This document shows, in pieces, positions 9,973-19,360 of a DNA stretch of 64,000 nucleotides. The notes under the pieces were generated by a model, which did no database searches, had not been told where the DNA came from, and was given only the letters and a program-made list of their open reading frames with translations. Source of the stretch: Planctomycetaceae bacterium (GTDB taxonomy: Bacteria; Planctomycetota; Planctomycetia; Planctomycetales; Planctomycetaceae); contig JBGTSJ010000007.1 in assembly GCA_041940305.1 (NCBI GenBank), forward strand, positions 1 through 64,000. The letters run 5' to 3'. Position 1 is the stretch's first letter; each line of letters opens with the position of its first letter. The position numbers and the translations under genes are program-made.

Positions 9973-10056
9973 GGGGCCACTGATGACGCGGATCTGGCGG
10001 ATTCTCGCGGATAGAATCTGCGTAAATCCGCGTCATCCGTACCATCTGCGGCCCCC
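9973..10056. repeat. Family-1 palindromic element, copy B (left boundary of GxxExxY cassette 1)
   Basis: GGGGCCACTGATGACGCGGATCTGGCGGATTCTCGCGGAT...AATCTGCGTAAATCCGCGTCATCCGTACCATCTGCGGCCCCC. Confidence 0.9.
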
Positions 10057-10073
10057 TTTGACGGGAGACTCCT

Positions 10074-10496
10074 ATGCCCAGCGACAAGCTCCTCCACGCC
10101 GACCTCACCGACGCGATCATCAAGTCGTTCTATCACGTCTACAACACGCTCGGCTTCGGCTTCCTCGAAAAGGTCTACGAGAACTCGATGGCAATCTCGC
10201 TGAGAAACGCCGGCCTGTTCGTCGTGCCCCAGATGCCGGTGGAGGTGTACTTCGAGAAACTGCGGGTCGGCACCTACTGCGCGGACCTGCTGGTTTCGAA
10301 CCTGGTCATCGTCGAGATCAAATCCGTCGAGAACCTGCACCCCGCACACGAGGCTCAGCTGATCAACTACCTGAAAGCCACTGATATCGAAGTCGGCCTG
10401 CTGCTCAACTTTGGCGAGAAACCTGAGTTCCGGCGCAAGGTTTTCAGCAACGAACGCAAGCAGCACCGAGTCGTCCCCAAAGGAGACCACGGATGA
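10074..10496 (+). CDS. GxxExxY family protein (PD-(D/E)XK nuclease-like fold)
   Basis: The motif G-F-L-E-K-V-Y-E-N is present. It is a paralog of ORF 56988..57449 with a shared core: ...ADL(I/L)V...V(I/V)VE(I/L)KS(V/A)E...HEAQL(I/V)NYL(K/R)ATDIEVGLLLNFG.KP...RKVF(S/T)N. The last codons (...VPKGDHG*) are encoded inside the right-hand palindromic repeat. Confidence 0.78.
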   Translation: MPSDKLLHADLTDAIIKSFYHVYNTLGFGFLEKVYENSMAISLRNAGLFVVPQMPVEVYFEKLRVGTYCADLLVSNLVIVEIKSVENLHPAHEAQLINYLKATDIEVGLLLNFGEKPEFRRKVFSNERKQHRVVPKGDHG

Positions 10497-10564
10497 CGCA
10501 GATGACGCGGGTTCTCGCTGATCCGCGAAAATCCGCCAGATCCGCGCCATCCGCGGTCCCCCCT
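10486..10564. repeat. Family-1 palindromic element, copy C (right boundary of GxxExxY cassette 1)
   Basis: ACCACGGATGACGCAGATGACGCGGGTTCTCGCTGATCCGCGAAAATCCGCCAGATCCGCGCCATCCGCGGTCCCCCC. Confidence 0.9.
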
Positions 10565-10567
10565 TGA

Positions 10568-13500
10568 ATGCCCGATCCCACTCCCCAACCCGATGCCGCT
10601 CCGCAGCTGGAAGGCGGCACTTATGAGATCATCCGCAACCGGTTGCGGGGGTACGGGGAGGAGCTGCGCGCGCGACTGTCGCGGCTGAACGCGGCGCGGA
10701 AGGATGTCTTCGGGTCGATCGACGTCAAGCTGCTGGCGACCGAGCGGATCACGACGGAGCACAACTGTGTCCCGCGGGATATGGCGGCCGTCGGGGACCG
10801 GTTTCTGTTCGGGTACAACGTGCACTTCGGGCTGAAAACCGAGCGGCACATCGCCGACGTCTTCGCTGCATATGAGTTCCGGCGTCCCGGCGGTGAGAGC
10901 GGCGAAGCTTCTGCAGAGGCCCACGGGTTGCAGCCGGTAGGCTTCGATGTGCTGGGTCTCAACGACCCGCGGTTCGAGAAGGACCTGCAGGACGTTTACC
11001 GTTACTACAAGAACGCCACGTTCGCGCAGTTCGTGCATCGCGGGCCGCACCTGTTCATGGTGTTTCAGGTCGGCCGCTCGCCGCTGGACGTCAAAACGTT
11101 TAAATGGCTGCTGCGGCCCGAAGGCCTGCAGTATCTCGACAACCGCAGCGACCACGAGGTCCGCCCGCCGCCGCAGCACGAGTTTGAATGGATCCGCTGC
11201 ACGCGCGACATGCATCGGCAGGGAGTTCACCCGCACATCTCTATCGAAGACCGCCTGTTCGTGGAGACAGTCGGCGGCGACCTGACCATCAAGATCGAGA
11301 ACAATACCGACTCGGGGCAGGGGATCTACTCCGAACCGGTCGACAACGCCGACCAGACGCTCGACGACGCCGAGACCTATTACGCGATCGTCGGCAACCT
11401 GATCCTGCTGAAGATCAAGCCGTACCAGGAGGCGCGGTTCCGCTATATCGTCTACAGCGAAAAGATCGAGCAGGCCCGCCGGCTCGACGCCATTGAGCAG
11501 GCGTGCGTGCTGCTGCCCGATGATCACGGGCTCATCTTCTCCAGCGGCTACTTCCTGCAGTCGGGGGAGTACAAGACTTTTGACAGCGCTCATACCGGGC
11601 TGCTGTTTGAGCGGCGGATTGCCAGCCCCAACGGCGAGGACACGCTCTTTGTGTTCCATCAGCCGCAGTCGGGGGATTACGTGCTGCTCGGCTACAACAT
11701 GATCGAGCAGAAGGTCGAGACGCCGGTCGTGTGCAACGGCTTCACGCTGTTTCACGCCGGCGAGATGCTGCAGTTCAAGGTGCAGCCGGAGCCCCAGAAG
11801 CACCACGCCGTGCAGGTCTGGCAGACTCCCTACGTCGGTGAAAACTACGTGCCGCCGACGAACTCCGATTCCTACCTGTACAAGATCGGCAATCGCGACA
11901 TCGTCCGCGGCATGGCCGAATGCCAGGCGATTCTCAAGCTGATCGACAAAGAGGATTCGTACTCCGGCCTGTATGTCGATCTTGTCAAACTGACGACCGA
12001 CGTCCTCGACTCCTACTTCTGGATCGGACACGCGGGGGCCGAGAACCTGGCAGAGCCGCTGGCGCAGATCCGCGACGCCGCGCGATCGGCCGTGGATGAG
12101 TTCGAGAAGGTTGTCCGCGTCCGCAAGAACACTGCCGAACAGACGCAGCAGGTCCAGCAGAAGACGCGGGCTCTGCTGTCGGAAGTGCATCGCGCCCGGT
12201 TCGACGCGATCGACGGCTTCGTGAGATCACTCGCCGGCCTGCGGGGCATCCGCGGTGAGATCATCGGCCTGAAGGAATTGCGGTACGTCGATCTCCCGAC
12301 CGTCGAGGGTCTGGAACAGGAGGTCACTCAGGAGACGGAGCGGCTGTCGCATCGCTGCGTCGAGTTCCTGCTCAGGCCGGATGCACTGCAGCCCTACGCC
12401 GACAAGGTCGCCGATGAGCAGGCGGCGATCGAAGGCCTGCAGAAAGTCAGCGAAGCGAAAAAGCAGGCGGAGCGGATCGGCGCATCGGCGACCGAGCTGG
12501 AGATGCTGATCGAGATCGTCTCGAACCTGAAGATCGACGACGCCACGCAGCGAACCGCCATCATCGACGGCATCTCGGCGGTCTTCACCAAGGTCAACAC
12601 CGCGCGGGCTGCGCTCAAGCGGAAGATGCAGGAGCTGGCTTCGGTCGAAGGGGCGGCCGAGTTCGGCTCACAGCTCAAGCTGCTCAACCAGTCGGTCGTC
12701 AACTTCCTCGACGTCTGCGACGCCCCGCAGAAGTGCGAAGAGTACCTCACCAAGCTGATGGTGCAGGTCGAGGAACTCGAGGGGAAGTTCGCCGAATTCG
12801 ACGAATTCGTGGTCCAGCTCGCCGAGAAGCGGGACGAAATCTACAACGCGTTCGAGACCCGACGGCTGCAGCTGGTCGAAGCCCGCAACAAGCGGGCCGG
12901 CGCCCTTGCGTCCGCGGCCGACCGCATCCTCAAGGGGATCAAGTCCCGCGTCGACGGGCTCGAATCGGTCAACGACATCCACGGCTACTTCGCCGGGGAC
13001 CTGATGATCGAAAAGGTCCGCGACATCGTGCGGCAGCTGGACGGCCTCGGCGACAGCGTCAAGGTGGACGACATCCAGTCGCGGCTGAAGACGATCCGCG
13101 AAGACGCCGTCCGCCAGCTCAAGGACAAGCAGGAGCTGTACGAAGATGGCGAGAACGTTATCAAGTTCGGCAAGCACCGCTTCTCAGTGAATACACAGGT
13201 GCTGGACCTCACCACCGTTCAGCGCGACGGCGACCTCTGCCTGCACCTTACCGGCACCGACTTCTACGAGCCGCTCAACAATCCCGAGATCGACGCCCTC
13301 GATGACGTCCGTGACATGGAAGTCGTCAGCGAGAACCGGGACGTGTACCGCGCCGAGTACCTGGCGTACCAAATCCTGAGCACGGCCCGCACTAACGACG
13401 AGAGCCCGTTTATCCGCGACCCGAAGGGGAGCGCGGCCCCGCGCGATCTCGATTCCCTCACGGCCGAAGTCCAGCGCTTCATGGCCCCGCGCTACAGCGA

Positions 13501-16204
13501 AGGCTACACGAAGGGGGTCCACGACCACGATGCCGCCCTTCTGTTGCAGGCATTGCTCGAGATCGACGCGACCTGCGGCCTGCTCCGCTACTCGTCGCTG
13601 GCCCGCGCCGTCGCCCGCCTGTTCTGGGAGTACTTTGCCGACAAGCGGGTCAAAACCCTGATGGGGGCGCGCCTCGCGGGCTTCGGCGCCGTCGCACAGG
13701 CCTTCCCCGGGACCACGCAGCAGGCCGAGTACATCGAAGAGCTGCAGGAAATGCTCGCCGCGTTTTTGGCGGAAGTCGATCTCTTTGGTAGCCCGTCGCG
13801 TCAGCAAGGGCCGAGTACTCCACCCGACGCCGACTCCAAATCCCCCTCGCTTGCGCGTCGGGCTAGCGTTGACGACGCCCTCGCCGGCGAAGCCGCTGAG
13901 TACCTGTTCTACGAGCTGACCACCGGCGACACGTTCGCTGTCAGCCAGGCGGCCGCCGACCTGGTCCGCGAGTTCAAGGAACACCTCCACGTCCACGGCC
14001 GGAGTGAGCGGTTCACCGAGTCGCTGCACTCGCTGCAGAAAGCCACCGCGCCGGCCTTTGAACTCATCCGGGACTGGGTACGCGCGTATGTCGACTCCCG
14101 GAGCGCGACCCACGATTACGTCGACGAAGCGTCCGTTTGTCTCCTCGCCGGTTCCATCGACGAGCGGCGCATCGTCGCCGCAGAGACCGATCGGGAGATC
14201 AACGGCCTGGCCGGCACGCATCCGGCCATCGCGGGAGGCCGTTACTCACTGAACTTCAACCGCTTCCTGCACAAGCTGGCCGCGTTCGAACGGGACGTGG
14301 TGCCGCGATTTCAGCGTTATCACCATCTCAAGACCGAGATCGTGGACGACGCCCGCAGCGAGATGAAGCTGAACGAGTTCAAGCCGCGGGTGTTGACGTC
14401 CTTCGTCCGCAACAGGCTGATCGACACCACTTATCTTCCCCTGATTGGCGACAACCTTGCCAAGCAGGTCGGCACCGCCGGCGAGCAAAAGCGGACCGAC
14501 CGGCAGGGCCTGCTGCTGCTCATCTCCCCCCCCGGCTACGGCAAGACGACGCTGATGGAGTACGTCGCCAACCGGCTGGGGATCATATTCATGAAGATCA
14601 ACGGCCCGGCCCTCGGCCACGAGGTGAAGTCGCTCGACCCGCAGGCCGCTCCCAATGCCGGCGCCCGTGAGGAGGTCGAAAAGCTCAGCCTTGCGTTCGA
14701 GATGGGGGACAACGTGATGATCTATCTGGATGACATTCAGCACTGTCATCCGGAGTTCCTGCAGAAGTTCATCTCGCTCTGCGACGCCCAGCGGAAGGTC
14801 GAAGGCGTCTACAAGGGGCACACCCGCACGTACGACTTCCGCGGCAAGAAGGTCTGCGTGGTGATGGCGGGGAACCCGTACACCGAGAGCGGCGAGAAGT
14901 TCAAGATCCCCGACATGCTCGCCAACCGGGCCGACATCTATAACCTTGGCGAGATCATCGGCGACAGCGGGGCCGCATTCGAGATGAGCTATCTCGAGAA
15001 CGCCCTCACGTCGAATCCCGTACTCGCCCGTCTCGCGTCCCGCAGCCGCGGCGACGTGCAGGCCGTCATCCAGATGGCCGAACGTGCCCGCACCCGGGCC
15101 GACGGCTCCGCCGTCAGCGCCCCCGAGAACCTGGCGGCGCTCACCGAGGGCATCGACCTCGAAGGGACGTACCCGCTCGACGAACTCGGCGAGTACGTCA
15201 ACACGATGATCAAGCTGCTTCGCGTGCGCGACGTCGTACTGACGATGAACAAGGAGTACATCAAGTCGGCCGCCACGCACGACGACTATCGCACCGAGCC
15301 GCCGTTCCTGCTGCAGGGCTCCTACCGCAACATGAACCGCATCGCCGAGAAGGTGCTGCCGGTTATGAACGTGCAGGAACTGGAGACGCTCATCGTCTCC
15401 AGCTACCAGAACGACGCGCAGACCCTTACCAGCGGCACGGAGTGGAACCTGCTCAAATTCAAGGAGCTGCTGGGCAAGCTGACCCCTCAGGAACAGGAGC
15501 GCTGCGAAGACATCCGCCGCACGTTTCGGCAAAACGTCAAGCTACGCGGCGTCGGCGCCGACGACAAGGTCGGCCTCGTCATCGCTCAGCTCTCGACGTT
15601 TGCGGACGGCCTAGACTCCATCCGCAAGGCCGTGACCACCGGTGTCGGCCAGCTTACCGACCGCAACGGCCACGACGACCACATCGCCGCCGCCGTCAAT
15701 AAGATCGAAGCGCTCAATACAGGGCTTACGTCACTCTCGGAACGGATCAACGATGGCCTGGCCCAGATCGCGCGTCTCGCCGATCGGCCCATTGAAATCG
15801 ACGTGCCGCCCATCGACGTTAAGTGGCCCGAAACGCTGCCCGCCGCACTCTCTGACCGATCAGCGGGCGGACAAAGTGCCCCCGCTGTCACACAGGCCGC
15901 ACCGGCCGAGAACAGGCCGATTGTCCGCGACGCGACCGACGCCGACGACGACCAGGGCGACGACTCCTCTCGACCCGACCGCATCACCGTCGTCAACCGC
16001 CTCCCGCGATCGGTTCTCAACGTGATGGAGCAGCAGTTCCAGCTCATGAACGGCTGGATGAAACCGGTCCTGGAGCTGACCGCCCAGCAGCGAACCGAAA
16101 TGGCCGAACTGCGGCCGATGATCGAGGAATGCCTCCGCCATTACCGCTCTCTCCTCCGCAAACTCGAAGAAGCCCACGACCGCGACGCGCCCTCCCAGGC
16201 CTAA
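10568..16204 (+). CDS. Giant 1878-aa protein with a single MoxR/dynein-related AAA+ (AAA_5-like) module; function unknown
   Basis: Walker A LLLISPPGYGKTTLMEYVANRLG at about aa 1295. Walker B plus the MoxR-like segment VMIYLDDIQHCHPEFLQKFISLCDAQRKVEGVYKGHTRTYDFRGKKVCVVMAGNPYT parallels MoxR's LLLADEINRATPKTQSALLETMQEGTVT...PFFVMATQNP. An Arg finger is in IPDMLANRADIYNLGE. An N-terminal region of about 1290 aa and a C-terminal region of about 450 aa have long coiled-coil stretches and no catalytic motif I can recognise. Confidence 0.85.
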   Translation: MPDPTPQPDAAPQLEGGTYEIIRNRLRGYGEELRARLSRLNAARKDVFGSIDVKLLATERITTEHNCVPRDMAAVGDRFLFGYNVHFGLKTERHIADVFAAYEFRRPGGESGEASAEAHGLQPVGFDVLGLNDPRFEKDLQDVYRYYKNATFAQFVHRGPHLFMVFQVGRSPLDVKTFKWLLRPEGLQYLDNRSDHEVRPPPQHEFEWIRCTRDMHRQGVHPHISIEDRLFVETVGGDLTIKIENNTDSGQGIYSEPVDNADQTLDDAETYYAIVGNLILLKIKPYQEARFRYIVYSEKIEQARRLDAIEQACVLLPDDHGLIFSSGYFLQSGEYKTFDSAHTGLLFERRIASPNGEDTLFVFHQPQSGDYVLLGYNMIEQKVETPVVCNGFTLFHAGEMLQFKVQPEPQKHHAVQVWQTPYVGENYVPPTNSDSYLYKIGNRDIVRGMAECQAILKLIDKEDSYSGLYVDLVKLTTDVLDSYFWIGHAGAENLAEPLAQIRDAARSAVDEFEKVVRVRKNTAEQTQQVQQKTRALLSEVHRARFDAIDGFVRSLAGLRGIRGEIIGLKELRYVDLPTVEGLEQEVTQETERLSHRCVEFLLRPDALQPYADKVADEQAAIEGLQKVSEAKKQAERIGASATELEMLIEIVSNLKIDDATQRTAIIDGISAVFTKVNTARAALKRKMQELASVEGAAEFGSQLKLLNQSVVNFLDVCDAPQKCEEYLTKLMVQVEELEGKFAEFDEFVVQLAEKRDEIYNAFETRRLQLVEARNKRAGALASAADRILKGIKSRVDGLESVNDIHGYFAGDLMIEKVRDIVRQLDGLGDSVKVDDIQSRLKTIREDAVRQLKDKQELYEDGENVIKFGKHRFSVNTQVLDLTTVQRDGDLCLHLTGTDFYEPLNNPEIDALDDVRDMEVVSENRDVYRAEYLAYQILSTARTNDESPFIRDPKGSAAPRDLDSLTAEVQRFMAPRYSEGYTKGVHDHDAALLLQALLEIDATCGLLRYSSLARAVARLFWEYFADKRVKTLMGARLAGFGAVAQAFPGTTQQAEYIEELQEMLAAFLAEVDLFGSPSRQQGPSTPPDADSKSPSLARRASVDDALAGEAAEYLFYELTTGDTFAVSQAAADLVREFKEHLHVHGRSERFTESLHSLQKATAPAFELIRDWVRAYVDSRSATHDYVDEASVCLLAGSIDERRIVAAETDREINGLAGTHPAIAGGRYSLNFNRFLHKLAAFERDVVPRFQRYHHLKTEIVDDARSEMKLNEFKPRVLTSFVRNRLIDTTYLPLIGDNLAKQVGTAGEQKRTDRQGLLLLISPPGYGKTTLMEYVANRLGIIFMKINGPALGHEVKSLDPQAAPNAGAREEVEKLSLAFEMGDNVMIYLDDIQHCHPEFLQKFISLCDAQRKVEGVYKGHTRTYDFRGKKVCVVMAGNPYTESGEKFKIPDMLANRADIYNLGEIIGDSGAAFEMSYLENALTSNPVLARLASRSRGDVQAVIQMAERARTRADGSAVSAPENLAALTEGIDLEGTYPLDELGEYVNTMIKLLRVRDVVLTMNKEYIKSAATHDDYRTEPPFLLQGSYRNMNRIAEKVLPVMNVQELETLIVSSYQNDAQTLTSGTEWNLLKFKELLGKLTPQEQERCEDIRRTFRQNVKLRGVGADDKVGLVIAQLSTFADGLDSIRKAVTTGVGQLTDRNGHDDHIAAAVNKIEALNTGLTSLSERINDGLAQIARLADRPIEIDVPPIDVKWPETLPAALSDRSAGGQSAPAVTQAAPAENRPIVRDATDADDDQGDDSSRPDRITVVNRLPRSVLNVMEQQFQLMNGWMKPVLELTAQQRTEMAELRPMIEECLRHYRSLLRKLEEAHDRDAPSQA

Positions 16205-16340
16205 GGGGGCCGCGGATCAGCGCGGATCGCTAAGCCAAGCTGTAAGTCCAGCCGTGTTGACAACACCTGAGCTGCAAATCGAGGAGGGACCTGGCGGCGC
16301 CCGGAATCCGCGCGAATCCGCCCATTCCGCGTCATCCGCG
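16205..16340. repeat. Family-1 palindromic element, copy D, 136 bp with a roughly 65-bp non-palindromic core
   Basis: Arms GGGGGCCGCGGATCAGCGCGGATCGC and GGAATCCGCGCGAATCCGCCCATTCCGCGTCATCCGCGGCCCCCCC. It lies between the giant ATPase stop and the GGDEF gene. Confidence 0.9.
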
Positions 16341-17168
16341 GCCCCCCTTTCCCGCCCCGTGTGGCTCCTGCTCGTCATCGAAGCCGCACTCGTCACGGCT
16401 TGCACCGCCCTCCTGGGCACACTGGCCGGTCTCCCTCTCGTTGCCGTCGCGCTCTGCGCCCCGCAGATCGTCGCCGCCGCCTGGATCGCCGGGACCCGCC
16501 CCGCACTGGTGCTGACGTTCGGCTCCGCATGCGGCTGGTATCTTCCGGCCATTTCGTACCGGGGAGTTGACCACGCGGCCGTCGATCTGCCATCAGCCGT
16601 GATCGGCACCGCGGTCCTCATCGCCTTCACGCTGCTGGTCCAGAAGTGGAAGGAGTCCATCCGCCGCGCCCATGAAGCGGCCGAAACGGACCCACTGACC
16701 GGTCTGCTCAATCGCCGCGGCTTCCTGGCGCGCGTCGAAGCCGAACGCAATCGCAGTCAGCGGAGCGGTGCACCGCTCGCCGTCGCCTTCCTCGACTGCG
16801 ACCGCTTCAAGGAGCTCAACGACACCCGCGGCCATCAGACGGGAGACCGCCTGCTGATCGCGACCAGCGAAGTGCTGCGGGCGAACGTCCGCAACTACGA
16901 CAGCGTGGCCCGGCTCGGAGGCGACGAATTCGCCGTGCTCTTGCCGGATGTCGAAGAGGCCGGCGCCTGTGCCGCCTCCGACCGTCTGCTCACGGCGCTG
17001 CACGCGGAGATGACCCGGCAAGGATGGCCCGTCACCTTCAGTATCGGCGTCGCCGTCTTCGCGAGGCCGCAGGCGACGACCGAGATGATCGCCGCGGCCG
17101 ACGCCGCGATGTACGAAATCAAACGCTCCGGCCGAGCCGCCGTCCGGGTCACCGTCATCAATAGCTGA
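16254..17168 (+). CDS. Membrane-anchored GGDEF-domain diguanylate cyclase; the real start is probably GTG near 16361
   Basis: 2-3 TM helices (WLLLVIEAALVTACTALLGTLAGLPLVAVALCA...) are followed by a GGDEF domain with DPLTGLLNRRGF, the active-site RLGGDEFAVLL and the I-site-like LLIATSEV. The first 35 codons of the ORF are a translation of palindromic repeat 16205-16340. Confidence 0.82.
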   Translation: MLTTPELQIEEGPGGARNPRESAHSASSAAPLSRPVWLLLVIEAALVTACTALLGTLAGLPLVAVALCAPQIVAAAWIAGTRPALVLTFGSACGWYLPAISYRGVDHAAVDLPSAVIGTAVLIAFTLLVQKWKESIRRAHEAAETDPLTGLLNRRGFLARVEAERNRSQRSGAPLAVAFLDCDRFKELNDTRGHQTGDRLLIATSEVLRANVRNYDSVARLGGDEFAVLLPDVEEAGACAASDRLLTALHAEMTRQGWPVTFSIGVAVFARPQATTEMIAAADAAMYEIKRSGRAAVRVTVINS

Positions 17169-17223
17169 AGAGGCGAGAGCCGTCCTTTCCGTACCGTTCG
17201 AACTGCGAATCCCGCCCACACGA

Positions 17224-17260
17224 GCCCGCCGCGCCAGCAAAGGCCGAACGTTGCCGAGCA
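17224..17260. repeat. 36-bp near-identical motif, copy 1: AGCCCGCCGCGCCAGCAAAGGCCGAACGTTGCCGAGCA
   Basis: 34/36 identical to copy 2 at 22317-22353. It lies downstream of scpB. Confidence 0.8.
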
Positions 17261-17336
17261 CCCCTCGTGGTCGGATCTCCCTTACAGAGAAAACGAGTCT
17301 CACGCCGTCGAAGCGGCTGCATCACCCCGCTGCCCT

Positions 17337-18176
17337 CTACTTGAACATCAGGTCGTCCGGCTGCGGCAGGTCTTCCAGTTCCGCAAGCCCGAACAACTCG
17401 AGGAACCGCCCGGTCGTGCGATACCGCACCGCGTCGTTGTCGGTGGACCGCTCCAGCTCGATCAGCTCCCGCCGCAGCAGTTGCCGCAGCAGCGCCCCCG
17501 CATTCGGCTTGCCGGTCGCTTCGATCGTCTCCTTGTCCACCGGCTGCTGGTACGCGACGAGCGCCAGAATCTCCAGCGCGTCCTGCGAGAGTTTCACGTC
17601 CTTCGGCCCCAGTCCGTACACGCGGTTCCGGACCGGTTCGAACTCCGGCGAAAGCTCCAGCCGATACCCGCCGGATCCCAGCCGCACCTCGTAGGGCCGC
17701 CCCTCCTGCTGGTACTGTCGGTTCAGTTCTTCAATCAGTTCATCCACCTGCTCGTGATCAAACCCGCCGCCGAGCAGATCCGCCAGACGTTTGCCCGTCA
17801 GCGGCTCTCCTCCGACGAACAGCAGCGCCTCCAGCACCTGCCGTGGAGTGACGGCCGGCGAGCCCTGCTCCGGTTCCGCCACCGCCGGCCCGGTCTCTGA
17901 CGCCACACCCGTGAAGTCCGATTCCCTTGGACCCCCGGTCGCATCGGCGGCGAAGACATCCCCCGATACTGGCTCCTCCTCGACTGCGTCGCCGATCTCC
18001 GCCGTCAGCTGCAGATCGGCGAATTCGGCGGCCTCCAGGGCGCGCAGGTACGCCGCCTCCAGATCCTCCGGCGACCAGTCGCACCCCTCATCCCGTGTAA
18101 CGCCCGTGAGCATCGCGCCGGCCTCGGCCGGCTCGATGATCGCGCGGAACGGCGTGTCGTCGCCGGAGTGGGACAT
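17337..18176 (-). CDS. scpB: Segregation and condensation protein B (ScpB)
   Basis: Tandem winged-helix ScpB signatures: RQVLEALLFVGGEPLTGKRLADLL and ILALVAYQQPVDKETIEATGKPNAGALLRQLLRRELIE. Confidence 0.82.
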   Translation of the reverse strand: MSHSGDDTPFRAIIEPAEAGAMLTGVTRDEGCDWSPEDLEAAYLRALEAAEFADLQLTAEIGDAVEEEPVSGDVFAADATGGPRESDFTGVASETGPAVAEPEQGSPAVTPRQVLEALLFVGGEPLTGKRLADLLGGGFDHEQVDELIEELNRQYQQEGRPYEVRLGSGGYRLELSPEFEPVRNRVYGLGPKDVKLSQDALEILALVAYQQPVDKETIEATGKPNAGALLRQLLRRELIELERSTDNDAVRYRTTGRFLELFGLAELEDLPQPDDLMFK

Positions 18177-18353
18177 GACGCTCTCTGCCTTGCAGCCTTA
18201 GGGGCCGAACTATAGGGACGAGGCCGGATCCGCCTCAAGACCGGTCGAACCCCGTCGGAGATTGGCCGTCCCTCCCGGACCTCATCTCGTCTTGACGCTC
18301 CTCGCCGGGCGAATTACATCGCCCAGTCCCCTCATCGCACGAAGGGTGCCAAC

Positions 18354-19271
18354 ATGCCCCGACCAAGCTTCCTGATCATCGGCGCGCCCAAGTGCGGCAC
18401 GACGGCGATGTATGAGTATCTCCGGCGTCACCCGGACGTCTTCATGCCGGAGAACAAGGAGCCGCACTACTTCGCCGATGACATCCACCAGGACACCTAC
18501 ATCCGCTGCGCCCACCGGTACGATGCGCTGTTCGCTCCGGCGCACGACGCGGCCGCGATCGGCGAAGCGTCCGTCTGGTACCTCTATTCCCGGACTGCCG
18601 CGCGGCGGATTCGAGCCGAGCTCGGCCCCGTCCGCATCATCGCCATGCTTCGAAACCCGGTCGATATGCTGCACTCGCTGCACAACCAGGGGCTCCTCGC
18701 CGGTACCGAGAATATCCGCGAATTCTCCGCCGCCCTCGCCGCCGAACACCGCCGCCGCCAGGGGGTGGACTGGCCTCACGGTCGCCCGGATTCCCGCCTC
18801 CTTTATCGCGACGTCGTCGATTTCGCGCCGCAGCTGGAGCGCTACTTCGACGAATTCGGACGGGAACACGTGCACGTAGTGCTGTACGACCGGTTCGCCC
18901 GGGATCCCGCCGCAGCCCATGCCGATTGCCTGTCGTTCTTACGGTTGCGGAGCGTTGCGGATTCGGAGTTCCCGGTCATCAACCGGAGCCGCAGCGTTCG
19001 CAGCCTGCGCCTGCAGCGACTGGTCCGCTATCCCCCCGCCTGGCTGAAGTCGTCCGCTCGCGCCGTCACGCCGACCCGACTGCGTCACGCGGCGATCCGC
19101 AGTCTGCTTCAGATTAATACGCCCCGCGCACCCCGCGTGCCGATCCCGCCTGATCTCCGCGTCCTGCTGACAGAACAGTTCGCTCCCAACGTCGAGCGGC
19201 TCGAGCGCCTGCTCGGCTGCAATCTCGCCGATTGGCGAACGACAAAGGAATCCGCGGACGCGGCAGCCTGA
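18354..19271 (+). CDS. PAPS-dependent sulfotransferase family protein
   Basis: The 5'-PSB P-loop IIGAPKCGTTAMYEYL and the 3'-PB region (...IIAMLRNPVDMLHSLH) are present. About 305 aa, typical of bacterial Sulfotransfer_3/1 proteins. Confidence 0.8.
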   Translation: MPRPSFLIIGAPKCGTTAMYEYLRRHPDVFMPENKEPHYFADDIHQDTYIRCAHRYDALFAPAHDAAAIGEASVWYLYSRTAARRIRAELGPVRIIAMLRNPVDMLHSLHNQGLLAGTENIREFSAALAAEHRRRQGVDWPHGRPDSRLLYRDVVDFAPQLERYFDEFGREHVHVVLYDRFARDPAAAHADCLSFLRLRSVADSEFPVINRSRSVRSLRLQRLVRYPPAWLKSSARAVTPTRLRHAAIRSLLQINTPRAPRVPIPPDLRVLLTEQFAPNVERLERLLGCNLADWRTTKESADAAA

Positions 19272-19326
19272 ACTCCGACCGCCTCGTCCTTCCTCTTGAC
19301 ACTTTCCGAGGGCCGCTGCTAATCCT

Positions 19327-19360
19327 CCCCAGCCGCGCTGGGGTAGCCCTTTCTACAGCT
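19327..19360 (+). terminator. Possible intrinsic terminator after the sulfotransferase gene
   Basis: GC hairpin CCCCAGC-CGC-GCTGGGG followed by TAGCCCTTTCTAC. The U-tract is weak. Confidence 0.3.

Larger units (their letters stand above)
9973..10564 (+). mobile_element. Repeat-bounded GxxExxY gene cassette (putative non-autonomous element); imperfect terminal inverted repeats from palindrome family 1
   Basis: Left end GGGGCCACTGATGACGCGGAT... at 9973-10056. Right end ...ATCCGCGCCATCCGCGGTCCCCCC at 10486-10564. The 140-aa GxxExxY ORF lies between them. The unit is inserted into a roughly 10-bp spacer between the flotillin stop (9964) and the giant ATPase start (10568). Confidence 0.55.

Noticed and set aside
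16254-16360. N-terminal extensions of ORFs 16254(+), 26422(+), 31285(-), 34937(-), 45934(+), 6812(+), 41205(-)
   Set aside because: The extra codons translate palindromic repeats, the operator, or GC-rich leaders. Downstream ATG/GTG starts that give sensible N-termini (signal peptides, TM anchors, ATGA coupling) are preferred.
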